DNA from: Asterias rubens
Lineage: Eukaryota
Assembly (NCBI RefSeq): GCF_902459465.1
Contig: NC_047079.1
Span: 8,804,001-8,868,000 of the forward strand
DNA length: 64,000 bases
Direction: 5' to 3'
Both the position numbers and the translations under genes were made by a program. The notes under the pieces were generated by a model. That model saw only the letters and a list, made by a program, of their open reading frames with translations. It had not been told where the DNA came from and made no database searches. Each line of letters opens with the position of its first letter. Positions within the stretch are counted from its first letter, which is position 1. Shown piece after piece: positions 36,701-44,311 of this stretch.

Positions 36701-39632
36701 TCTTTCAAATTGGTTGTGTCTGTTTACAACAACTTCAAATTGAATTTTCACCTACTATTGAGAGGGCAATGCCATTCATTTTGCTTTAAAAAGGGCACTA
36801 CTCTTATTTTATGCATACATGTTGGGATACACCAAGTGTGAACACTGGTCTTTGACACTTACCAAAAGGTGTTCAGTGCCTTTAAGGTTTAAGCTGATAA
36901 ACCACACGTTTTTTTGTAAGATGCAAAATAATCAGCACAGCAGGTCAAACAGATTTCCAATGGATTTGGTCCAAAATAAAAAGTGTTTACCGGCATGACT
37001 AGGCGCGCAAACAGCAAATAAATTATCCGACTATCGGCACACTGAATACTCCCGACTGTTCCCCAAGGTGGGAAATTCATCGTGAGCTTGACTCCAAAAC
37101 GAAGGAGCAAGGCATTATGGGATGTGCGTCTACGACTGACATGGCTTGCAGGGGAAGTCACTTAGGCATGACAGGTGATATTAACGCTGGTATTCTATTG
37201 CGTGGTGTGTCCTAAAAGTTCCTCGGGTGCTGCTCTGTAAGGAGTGTGTGTGTCTCTAAAAATGCGGAAGAAATATCCTTCGTGGGGTGAGAGTGATATC
37301 CCTCCAGCGTGTCTAGCAGAGTGTGCGGGATGATGTGAAAGGAAATTTACTGGATGGGAATTAAAGGTACATTCTCTGTACAGAGCTACTTCATTGAGGA
37401 CATTTAGTAAGGTTCTCGCCAATAGCACAGTGGCAAAAAGAACGATCGAAGGAATAAACAAGTTTCATTGTATGTAACTAGCCGTCTCCTTAAAAATTAG
37501 ACTAGGTTTAAAGCCAACATTTCAGAGTAAATTGATACAGCTGCAAGCAATCGTTTTTAATACAATATTATGTTATGTACTTGGTTCCAATGTTTTGGGG
37601 GAAATTACTTTGCATCATGTATGAGAATATGAGAATTTAAGGAAACCAGCCAAATTACAATGATTTATGACAGGTATTTTGCTCATTTATGCTAAGCAGA
37701 TTGCTTCCAAAGGAATATTCGAGCACTGCTTAAGCAGCTCTATGAAATTAAGCCCTTGGCTCTGGAGTCTAAACCAACAAACCAGACTCATTTTTCTTGT
37801 AAATTTTACAACATTCCGGACAAATTATTTGCCTAATTTTTTTCTTCCAATTCCCCTCTTGCAGACAGTCAATATTTGGACTTAAAAGTCTTCAACAAAG
37901 ACTCGCCCTAAGAACAAACGTGTCAGACGTAGTCTTCAGTTTTCACCAAGAACACCAAACAAAAACATTGTTCTGGTGAGGTGTACGACAAACACACCAA
38001 GGCGAGTTGGGATGCAAGAACTGTGGTCGTTCCCCCACAGTATCCAATACTGCTAATGGGCTTGCGCAATCAATACCCGTATCCCGCACGATACCCGATA
38101 CGCATTTGCCAGATTGATTGCACTGATAATTTCTAAACGGCCAGTGTAGACACTGCACAACGTGCAGAATGTTGTACAAACAAAAAGTGTAAGATGACGA
38201 TACAAAAACATCCAGAAATATTCACACTATAAACACTCAGACTGTCAGAAAACAACCTGAGTGACACAAACATACATGTACTTTATGACCAAGTACAGGT
38301 ACAAGTTACATCTATTCCCATCTGCTTACTGACACAGTGCATGGCTGCTGTATGTAGTGCAGATTTGGTGTTGTAATTTCTGCACAATTTCATCTGCATA
38401 ATAATAACAATAGTGGCTTCTTGTATAGCGCGCATGTCCGTCACAGAGTGTCGATGCTCCTGGTGCTGAACATACAGTTTTCCAAGTTGGACTACATATT
38501 TGAATTACAATGAGGCCCAATCCTTGTCTATTGTATGTTGCTCTAAAGGGGATCTAATTTCATGCCTGTGCTGACCATGAATTCTGCGCTTATCGAACCC
38601 TGTAAGGCACACAGGCCGTATTTAAGTGCAGAATTTTCCGGCAAGTAACAAGTCATGGAAATGAGCTCAGATCATCCTTCGGGAGAACATCCCGAACTGC
38701 ATAATTCTTGAGATTACTAGTGAAGAAACAATGAGAGGGATGGGGGGGGGGGGGGCACCACGCCACATACCCATTGAGAACCAAATGAAATTTGCAAAAC
38801 ATAAACACAACATATGTTTTTCAATACAGTCCAGTCCATGAGCCGGACTCATGCAGTTCAAATTCAATATCGTCGTTTCCAATATCCGCTGAGCGTGGTC
38901 TGCAATAGATACAAACTAATTAGTTTCAGTAACTGAGTTTGCCACGGGGCATAAAAGTCCGACCAAGAATGTTTTTTTCCTCCGCAATCAAGCTTGCTCA
39001 GCCTGGCTTTTACCATTCCAAACACATTTCACGAACGGAGTTTATGTATGGACAAATGTACGTTAGCCATTGTGTAGTCAAAACCAAAGAACACATGATG
39101 TTGCGACTCAGGATTCAGCAGACGTTTTCAAATCACCCCAAATCCTATCAAGATACATGACTACACACCCAAACAACAATTTCTTATAAAAAAATTGGGA
39201 TACACAATTTTACCCAAGTCCAAACATTTGGGTAAAGAGTTGACCAAAGAGTGGAGTATTTTGAAGAATATGGGTAAGGTCTGTAGCTAAAGATGGGTGG
39301 TTAGGGCAGGGTTAGGCTCAGGATAAGGGTTGGGGTTGTATCGGATACACGGTATCCGCTGCTAACACATAGAATTCAAACTGCCTATCGGGCCATCCGG
39401 CTACATGTACATGTACATGTAGGTGCTCGGTGGTCTAGTGGCAAGACATCTGCTCTAATACCAATACAAAGGTCCGGGGTTCGAAACCCAACCGGCCAAG
39501 TGAATCGTCTGTTTTCACAGAACTTGGGAAAGTACTGAGTATTCAGTGCTTTTAAAATATCATTAGTCATCTTACCTTTGAGTTTCTATCGTCACACACA
39601 GAGTCATAAACCGGATCACCCATATCATCCAT
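494..39632 (-). CDS. ARHGEF10: Spliced ARHGEF10/ARHGEF10L-like Rho guanine nucleotide exchange factor (25 candidate coding exons in window, 3' end outside window)
   Basis: Hand-assembled exons with GT-AG sites and compatible phases (4117 nt). DH motifs [36 protein letters not shown]; PH-like [14 protein letters not shown]; C-terminal [22 protein letters not shown]. These match my recollection of vertebrate ARHGEF10/10L. Paralogue assignment not computed. Confidence 0.93.
847..992. mobile_element. MITE-like element with a perfect 16-bp inverted repeat
   Basis: TTTTGGCGACCCCAAC (847-862) / GTTGGGGTCGCCAAAA (977-992). Confidence 0.65.
1277..1451 (-). CDS. ARHGEF10: ARHGEF10-like exon (REFEVHQD...[17 protein letters not shown]...)
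   Basis: tttag| acceptor, G|gtaggt donor, 175 nt, phase 0 to 1. Confidence 0.93.
1886..2028 (-). CDS. ARHGEF10: ARHGEF10-like exon (GEWKVKEP...[10 protein letters not shown]...MWCGCGNQI)
   Basis: cattcag| acceptor, CAG|gtagga donor, 143 nt, phase 1 to 0. Confidence 0.92.
2578..2729 (-). CDS. ARHGEF10: ARHGEF10-like exon (ISIYEANQ...[13 protein letters not shown])
   Basis: tttttag| acceptor, G|gtgaat donor, 152 nt, phase 2 to 1. Confidence 0.92.
3052..3389 (-). CDS. ARHGEF10: ARHGEF10-like exon (VQCATLCP...LWVVSSD...TVWLGTESG)
   Basis: ccgacag| acceptor, AG|gtgagt donor, 338 nt, phase 0 to 2. Confidence 0.92.
3588..3938 (-). mobile_element. tRNA-derived SINE (family A) with L2-like tail
   Basis: B-box GGTTCGAATCCC, GTGTCCCTGAGCAAGACACTT core, AAGCGCTTTGAG...TATTAT tail; near-identical copies at ~10095 and ~11820. 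Confidence 0.85.
4057..4181 (-). CDS. ARHGEF10: ARHGEF10-like exon ([13 protein letters not shown]...RHSAK)
   Basis: ttaacag| acceptor, AAG|gtaagg donor, 125 nt, phase 1 to 0. Confidence 0.9.
4457..4548 (-). CDS. ARHGEF10: ARHGEF10-like exon ([30 protein letters not shown])
   Basis: Not in ORF track. gaatag| acceptor, A|gtaagt donor, 92 nt, phase 2 to 1; W..AL..AKLAL resembles the end of the PH-like domain. Confidence 0.9.
4716..4815 (-). mobile_element. SINE family A head fragment
   Basis: Shares cccacactctgctg and gagctt motifs with the full copies. Confidence 0.6.
4907..5043 (-). CDS. ARHGEF10: ARHGEF10-like exon ([22 protein letters not shown]...IQLSLP)
   Basis: gattcag| acceptor, AT|gtatgt donor, 137 nt, phase 0 to 2. 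Confidence 0.9.
5099..5343. mobile_element. piggyBac-type MITE
   Basis: TTAA|CCCTTTGGTGCACA ... TGTGTACCAAAGGG|TTAA. Confidence 0.8.
5555..5765. mobile_element. MITE, ATAGACC-terminal family
   Basis: ATAGACCGTATTGAATA / TATTCAATACAGTCTAT inverted termini. Confidence 0.75.
5786..5892 (-). CDS. ARHGEF10: ARHGEF10-like exon ([35 protein letters not shown])
   Basis: ccttcag| acceptor, AAG|gttggt donor, 107 nt, phase 1 to 0. Confidence 0.9.
6265..6440 (-). CDS. ARHGEF10: ARHGEF10-like exon (TSSPG...[15 protein letters not shown]...)
   Basis: cttacag| acceptor, G|gtgaga donor, 176 nt, phase 2 to 1. Confidence 0.9.
6607..6698 (-). CDS. ARHGEF10: ARHGEF10-like exon ([30 protein letters not shown])
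   Basis: ttgactag| acceptor, AA|gtgagt donor, 92 nt, phase 0 to 2. Confidence 0.92.
6800..6898. mobile_element. Short MITE, ATAGACC-terminal family
   Basis: ATAGACCGTCC / GGAATGGTCTAT. Confidence 0.55.
8040..8225 (-). mobile_element. Degenerate tRNA-derived SINE (family D)
   Basis: gggaggaaaacc...gagaaaaaacc...cgggaatggaaccaggg...cattggtgagaggcaagtgct pattern typical of a reversed SINE2. Confidence 0.55.
9734..9787 (-). CDS. ARHGEF10: ARHGEF10-like exon ([18 protein letters not shown])
   Basis: tttaaacag| acceptor, ACT|gtaagt donor, 54 nt, phase 0 to 0. Confidence 0.88.
10095..10422 (-). mobile_element. tRNA-derived SINE (family A)
   Basis: Aligns to the copy at 3588-3938. Confidence 0.85.
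10536..10706 (-). CDS. ARHGEF10: ARHGEF10-like exon, DH C-terminus ([27 protein letters not shown]...LNERKR)
   Basis: ttctccag| acceptor, AAG|gttagt donor, 171 nt. Confidence 0.95.
11201..11417. repeat. ~60-65 bp minisatellite overlapping an exon 3' end and its donor
   Basis: Four copies of agat(a)agtcattcctggagaagacaga with G-run spacers. Confidence 0.8.
11403..11495 (-). CDS. ARHGEF10: ARHGEF10-like exon, DH ([31 protein letters not shown])
   Basis: ctcattag| acceptor, CAG|gtatga donor, 93 nt. Confidence 0.95.
11820..12092 (-). mobile_element. tRNA-derived SINE (family A), head-truncated
   Basis: Aligns to the copy at 3588-3938. Confidence 0.8.
12127..12243 (-). CDS. ARHGEF10: ARHGEF10-like exon, DH ([21 protein letters not shown]...FRNFIE)
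   Basis: cctttcag| acceptor, GAG|gtgagc donor, 117 nt. Confidence 0.95.
12779..12958 (-). CDS. ARHGEF10: ARHGEF10-like exon, DH (AYEKPLL...[23 protein letters not shown]...IGDVFVAS)
   Basis: cgccgtag| acceptor, TCG|gtaaca donor, 180 nt. Confidence 0.95.
12980..13130. mobile_element. Kolobok-type element fragment
   Basis: gcactggacactattggt...gagagctgttgatagtataaaacattgtgagaaacggct. Confidence 0.7.
13457..13632 (-). CDS. ARHGEF10: ARHGEF10-like exon, DH start (...[34 protein letters not shown])
   Basis: tttcgcag| acceptor, CAG|gttggt donor, 176 nt, phase 1 to 0. Confidence 0.95.
13701..13958. mobile_element. Degenerate MITE, GGGCCCAATTTCATAGAGCTGCT family
   Basis: Termini resemble the copy at 33662-33871. 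Confidence 0.5.
14258..14623. mobile_element. Full-length Kolobok-type non-autonomous element
   Basis: TTAA|AGACACTGGACAC ... TGTCCAGTGCCT|TTAA; RR..YY termini with TTAA TSD. Confidence 0.85.
15018..15120 (-). CDS. ARHGEF10: ARHGEF10-like exon ([34 protein letters not shown])
   Basis: ctttgtgtctag| acceptor, G|gtaagg donor, 103 nt, phase 0 to 1. Confidence 0.85.
16272..16450. mobile_element. CAGGCCTG-terminal non-autonomous element
   Basis: Family consensus gatacttcacggaggcaac...gaagcatacaggcct; flanks aggcgt/aggcat. Confidence 0.75.
17041..17056 (-). promoter_or_regulatory. CTCF-like motif
   Basis: Reverse complement GCCAACAGAGGGCGCG. Confidence 0.55.
17143..17157 (-). CDS. ARHGEF10: 15-nt microexon (SYLEW)
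   Basis: ~110-nt pyrimidine-rich AG-free tract, ctgtctgtag| acceptor, TGG|gtgagt donor, phase 0 to 0. Confidence 0.72.
17968..18147. mobile_element. CAGGCCTG-terminal element
   Basis: caggcttgatacttc ... aagcatacaggcctg. Confidence 0.75.
18364..18742. mobile_element. Full-length Kolobok-type element
   Basis: TTAA|AGGCAATGGACAC ... TATCCAGTGCCT|TTAA. Confidence 0.85.
19675..19807. repeat. Perfect tandem duplication, 68-bp period
   Basis: accaacgtgaacagtgaatggactgcc...cctcttaa twice. Confidence 0.9.
19960..19980 (-). CDS. ARHGEF10: 21-nt microexon candidate (TAKNVPK)
   Basis: attccctcag| acceptor, AAG|gtatta donor, phase 0 to 0, no stop. Confidence 0.5.
20106..20180 (+). mobile_element. tRNA-derived SINE head or tRNA pseudogene (family B)
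   Basis: A-box TAGCTCAGTTGG and B-box GGTTCGAATCC; T-stem and anticodon arm are broken; related reverse copy at ~23480-23535. Confidence 0.7.
20915..21192 (-). CDS. ARHGEF10: ARHGEF10-like exon ([12 protein letters not shown]...[16 protein letters not shown]...EEKPQ)
   Basis: caccacccag| acceptor, CAG|gtaggc donor, 278 nt, phase 1 to 0. WGSDEWEGY resembles the vertebrate ARHGEF10 GWSSSEFESY motif (from memory). Confidence 0.88.
21409..21556. mobile_element. Palindromic MITE-like element
   Basis: AATAGGAGACTTTC / GAAAGTCTCCCATT termini plus internal arms ggcagcagac-taccgggtaaat-ccattgtt. Confidence 0.7.
21932..22000. repeat. 23-bp tandem repeat x3
   Basis: tcaatagaatgatattattgtgg. Confidence 0.9.
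22605..22769. repeat. 81-bp tandem duplication
   Basis: cagttagcccggctacacattgtc...gtgcatttcag twice, one mismatch. Confidence 0.9.
23743..24009 (-). CDS. ARHGEF10: Candidate phase-1 symmetric exon ([13 protein letters not shown]...SYFDMT) or alternative first exon
   Basis: Open frame of 267 nt between gtatgcag| and G|gtacaa; both sites are modest; in-frame ATG run just upstream. Confidence 0.5.
25170..25315. mobile_element. CAGGCCTG-terminal element, reverse orientation, partial
   Basis: caggcctgtatgctt...gggcaccctatgatgaggaaattgtgaatttc. Confidence 0.65.
26586..26860 (+). mobile_element. L2/CR1-group LINE 3' fragment
   Basis: Encodes [20 protein letters not shown] ... KSLLKTYL; tail ...gtgcgcattacaagtc-(ttat)n. 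Confidence 0.8.
28856..28978 (-). CDS. ARHGEF10: Phase-1 symmetric exon (YNIEGVGES...[16 protein letters not shown])
   Basis: ttcccattcctaacattaccccag| acceptor, G|gttggt donor, 123 nt open, acidic YEDL motif. Confidence 0.75.
30279..30490. mobile_element. Putative MITE half (GGTGCGTTCG..TAGCTTCCCTGGGTCGACCCCG)
   Basis: GC-rich island; family recalled from invertebrate genomes, partner terminus not found. Confidence 0.35.
30585..30722 (+). mobile_element. L2 LINE 3' end
   Basis: [25 protein letters not shown] followed by aaagcg...aaagcgccatacaaat-(att)n. Confidence 0.8.
30941..31592 (-). CDS. ARHGEF10: Large N-terminal exon (ISDPSGG...[10 protein letters not shown] x2...NEIYQ)
   Basis: Within 288-aa ORF; cttttttacag| acceptor, G|gtaggg donor, 652 nt, phase 0 to 1. 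Confidence 0.88.
32193..32511. mobile_element. Kolobok-type element
   Basis: TTAA|AGGCACTG ... CTGGTGCCT|TTAA. Confidence 0.8.
33662..33871. mobile_element. MITE, GGGCCCAATTT family
   Basis: gggcccaattttgtagagctg / cagctctatgaaattggggcc inverted termini. Confidence 0.75.
34230..34600. repeat. Tandem array of sub-units of the CAGGCCTG element
   Basis: ggcaacagaggcgattgcc(t)ccatgcc recurs about 4 times. Confidence 0.6.
39383..39555 (+). mobile_element. tRNA-derived SINE (family C)
   Basis: ctcggtggtctagtgg...ggttcgaaaccc...gggaaagtactgagtattcagtgct; matches the copy at ~48935. Confidence 0.7.
39576..39632 (-). CDS. ARHGEF10: Start-codon exon, coding part ([19 protein letters not shown])
   Basis: gctATGG with an in-frame TGA upstream; AAG|gtaaga donor in phase 0 matches the next acceptor; YDSV motif. 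Confidence 0.75.
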
Positions 39633-39924
39633 AGCTTCACCTCAATCCAAACAGTGGAAGTCCCTGGAAGATGCCTCCACTTCCCCTCCGAGTGTGGTCT
39701 TGTCGAGCCCTGGGCTTACTAACTCCAACAACCATGGAAGACTTCTTGTCAAGCATGAGGGTACTGCTGCAGTTTAAACAGCAACAATTGTCAGGCTCTC
39801 GGCGAGGATGGTAGGGGGGGTAGGGCGACCCCCCAAGGCCTTCTCACCCGGAAGCACCTGAAGACTGTGGCATGTCAGATCCGTCGATTACTCTGGCTTT
39901 TAACAAATGTTAACCTTGTCCAAT
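39633..39924 (-). other. ARHGEF10: 5' UTR part of the start-codon exon
   Basis: Strong acceptor catcatcttattttcag| preceded by CT/CACT repeats. Confidence 0.6.
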
Positions 39925-42028
39925 CTGAAAATAAGATGATGAAGTTGCAAGTGAGTGAGTGAGTGAGTGGGAGACAGACGTAAGAGAGAGAGAGAGAGAG
40001 ATGGGAAAAGATGAGAAAATTACGACGATGTGAGAACGAAGAAAAAACATGTTCAAGGCGCTCCCCACCTGCCGCTGTTGTGGATGACCCTAATGACAAA
40101 GGCCTAAGCCACAATGGGCAGCCAAAATAAGAATGATGACGCGACCGTGAGAGGCAAAACCAATAAGAAAAAATACTCCAAGCATCTTTGAGGAGCAACG
40201 TCATCCCCAGACAGACTGAAGGTTTGCGACTGTTGTGTCAATGTCGTCTTATAATGGCAGCGGAATAAATTGTGTTCCTTCTAAGTAAATAAATCTAATA
40301 AAGTGGGTGTCTTGGTGAATGACGGCGGAGTAAATTGGCGCTTTGTTGTCTGCGGTCATGCAACTTAGCAATGTGAAATAAGAGCATTAAGTGTACGGCT
40401 TTAATTTGAATTTGTGGCGACAAATATTAGTGTTTACAGTTTCACGTTGAGCCGAGAGGAAAGGAGTTGTCATGACATTTATTACCCTGATGTGACTCAG
40501 TGAAGAGGATGACCTTGGTGGAGACAAAGTCACATACTGAGTTACTGTTAGAGGTAAAGTGTTTTATCATAACATTAATAATGAGAAGTTAAAAAGCGTA
40601 CACATCAGGAACAGTGCTCATGTAGCTAGTACAAACAAGAAGATACATTAGGCCTACAATAATTCAAATGAAACTTAAAAGCAAAGAATACCTTTGGTTT
40701 TCACAACCGTTTGCGTGTTTCAATCCTGAATAAATGTAGAGATATGAAAAATATACCAGTGAAAATTTCATTTCAAAAGATGGTAGCATTCTTGGGATTT
40801 CATCGGAAATCTGGAGCAAATCGCAGGATGAATAATCCATGAATATCCAATATGAATAATTTTGATCTCAGATTCAAATTTTTTGGGGGGGATAAAAACC
40901 GATATCTTTTGATATTTCAAATTCACACCAATCTCAATCTAGTAGCAAGAACATCTTACGGCTGTGGATTTTATCTACTCGAACTTAAACAACGAACAAG
41001 TCTAAATGTTTTGGAGAGGTCACACTGACCTAAGCAATCTCAGAGGAATCTACAGAGCGTATAAGTTGTCTTTGAGGAGGTTTAAACCGCAACATGACAG
41101 TAATTGTTCTCGCTGGAGAGCTTGGGGAGAGCTTGGGGAGGGGGGAAGGAGATGAGGCAAGGTGGGGAGGAAAACTCTCATATAAGGCCAAACAAAAAAG
41201 AACATGTTTAGCATCTTGCCTTTTTGAAAAAAGGGAGGAGGTTTTTGTCTTTTTTAAATGGTCGGCTGACACATTCTTAAAGACAACCTGCAAGGCTATT
41301 TTTTTCAATCTATTTTTTGTTTATCTAAGATCGTTAAAATGCATCCCTTTTTTTTTTTATCATAAAAATAAAAAATATTAAAATTAAAAAGGAGGTTGGT
41401 ATCAAAAAAAGGAAACAAGAGGGGATGCTGAACAGGCCAATTTATTTTAAAATATAAGTTTTAAATTTATTTTGTTTCTATTTATATAACAAAACAAAAA
41501 AGAGGAGGTGGCCTCTAAAAAGGGAAGTGGGCGTGGACACTAAACATAACTTTATTTGTTTGGCCTAAGGAAGAAAACGCTCATATAAAGTCAAGCCCTC
41601 ACATCAGCTGGCTATTTGTAAGAAGTAACTGAAGTGTTAAGAGTGACCTTGGCCCTTCAATCGCCGCCTTTGATCAGCCAGCGCTTGGACCCCATGCATC
41701 AGTCGAATATCGGCGATGCAAGCCGACATCCCACTCACCCGTTGCTTGCTTCTTCAGATGACAAATGGTGTATTAATCAAATCCAGTGATCGCGACGGAG
41801 CGTGGAAAACACCAAAACAAGTGTGAACAGAAATAATTTGTGCACAATAAACCATGTAGCAAATAAACGCGAAGCGCAAAAAGCAAAAGGCTGTAGAATT
41901 GATCTGATGAAATTCCATGGATGAGGCGATTCCGCTTTATTTAGAGTGTTATTTGCGTGTTTTCATTTCACTTTTGACATCGGTCTGAACTCAGCTAGGA
42001 TTAGAGCTTCGCGTAAAGTACTGACAAC

Positions 42029-42205
42029 CAGGCCTGATACTTCACGGAGGCAACGAAGGCAATTGCCTCCGTGTCCCACCGTCATTGCCTTGGTGCTTTT
42101 GAAATGCTACAGTAGAAATTTGCAATTTCATCATCAGGGTGCCCTTTATCAAGAAAAAAATGCCTTGGTACCCTTGCCCTTTCAAAAACGAAGCGTACAG
42201 CCCTG
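42029..42205. mobile_element. CAGGCCTG-terminal element with an exact 6-bp flanking duplication
   Basis: gacaac|CAGGCCTG ... CAGCCCTG|gacaac; partial second copy at ~42240-42345. Confidence 0.8.
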
Positions 42206-42914
42206 GACAACAATTATTTTCATTATTAATATTGTCCTTTGATCATTGTCTTGGTGCCTTTTGAAATATGCTCCTCCAGTAAAAGTTTACAATTTCCTCA
42301 TAGGGTGCCCTTTACCAATTACAAAATGCCTTGGTGCCCTTGCCCCGCAAGTACATACTACATGTACATGAATGGTTATAATATACAATGTAAGTTCCTG
42401 CCGCACATGTATACATTGTAGACATCCTAATTGGGAATTCGAACCCGGTTCCACTTGATTGAAGGTTGATCAATACACATGACGCTCAACCATAACACAC
42501 CACCACAATGATGTTGCCAGCTAAATACCTTGCCAGGCGTCCGTGTTATGTGGAAATGCTTCTAATGACATCCTGTATCAATGTTGGGATAGCCTGAAGG
42601 TGTGCGTATTGTCCAGGTGGCGTCTTTGTCTATGCGTGCTCGGTGGCAGGTGGCATTGCGATTGCAATCCATCTCGATTCGGGATGTTTGATCACTCCAG
42701 CAAATTTAGACTGCCTTGGAAGTGTAAGCTACATTGTATTTCTAGTTAAAGAGCATCTTTGTGCAAATGGACCCAGCAGGTGTTGTTATATTGTGGAGTC
42801 CACTCTATATTGGATTTTTAGGCATAATTTTTCAAATGACAGCTCTAACAAATAATGCTTACTTAGCACTTATGTTCATGTACAGTACAGTTGGTCAACA
42901 GCAAAAACATCTTC

Positions 42915-43239
42915 TTAAATGCTATTCACTTGGTGTATCTCAACTAAATGCATAAAATAGTAACCTGTACAAATTTGGACTCAGTTGGCCGTGGAAGTTG
43001 CAAGAATATAGTGGAAGAAAAAACACCCTTGTTGCACAAGTTTTGTGCTTTCAGATGCCTTGAGTTTGAGACCTCAGCTGAGGTCTCTTAAGTTCAGTTC
43101 AAATATTTTAGTAAACTTTGTTACTTCAAAGGGAGCCGTTTCTCACAATGTTTAAACTACATTGTATCAACAGCTCTCCATTGTTCATTACCAAGAAGTT
43201 TATGCTAACGACTATTTTGAGCTAGTGTCTCCTGCCTTT
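42915..43239. mobile_element. Kolobok-type element, reverse orientation, one end eroded
   Basis: cacttggtgtatctcaac ... gtgtctcctgcctttaa. Confidence 0.75.
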
Positions 43240-44311
43240 AAGGTGTACCGTATGGAAATGCTGAAGGGGTATAGCACCTGGGGCTTCAACAACCTCTAGT
43301 CAATCTGAAGATCAATACGGCTAATGTAGACGTGCCTACATGTACAGTTGACAACACGCGCAAACATAATGTACTCAAAGTGCACATATCAGTACACTAA
43401 AATGTACAGTCCATGAATGCGCTATACAGATATTTCACTCTCTCTCGAGAAAGGTTTTTTTTTTGGGACGGGGGACAGTTGGGTGTGGGGGGGGGGGGGT
43501 GGGGGACAGAAGGAAGACAAAAGTGCACTCACACCATTCCTCAGTCTGTAGCTTTTCACAAAATGCATCATGTACAACATGTAAACTCTGAAACCTTATT
43601 GGCATGGGTCACCACGTTTTTTAGAACATGCACACAGGCACGGCACACATGGACGTGACATATGGTTCGTTCCAGGTCCGTATCGACTGGAAGACGTGTG
43701 TCCTCCCACATGGGGCTTTCTTTTAATAAGTTGTAAAAAATGGTGTGCTACTGGGTTAAGACGCCACATTTATCATTTCAGTTGTCAGCCGAATAAGAAG
43801 TCACTTCGCATTTGGACAATAGTCAACATGGTTTCGTACATCCCATGGCAGAATATGCTGCCCCCTGTATGGCATCCTAGTCTTACTACCCAGAAGACAC
43901 TGCACTGAAAAACTCTTCTTTTGGAATGTTCTTCTCTGGCTTTGGCCATATAGTCGTATTTATTATAGGCCTGATAAAAGAAAACAGAATTCATGGACCT
44001 TTTCAGCACTGTACAGTCATTGCTTTCCAACCCGGAAAGTATTGAGTATTTACCTTAACAATCATAGGTGTGAAAAAAGAAAACAAAATTCTCTATTCTT
44101 GATGCATTATTTACAATCAATTAAGCTTCCACAAGTCTTATCCGAGGTATTCAGAAATGTTTGCCCACAAGCTTGACAAGTACATTCTAAACAGCTTACT
44201 ACTACCCGCCCACACATCAGTCACTTCATACACATTACACTGACTACTGTTTAAGCCTTGTCTTGGCCTCGCTCAATTACGAGTACAACCTTCTTGCTCA
44301 TTTACATTTAA

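Noticed and set aside
39295-39365. Telomeric repeat or interstitial telomere
   Set aside because: Only degenerate GGGTTA-like words; more likely part of a dispersed repeat.
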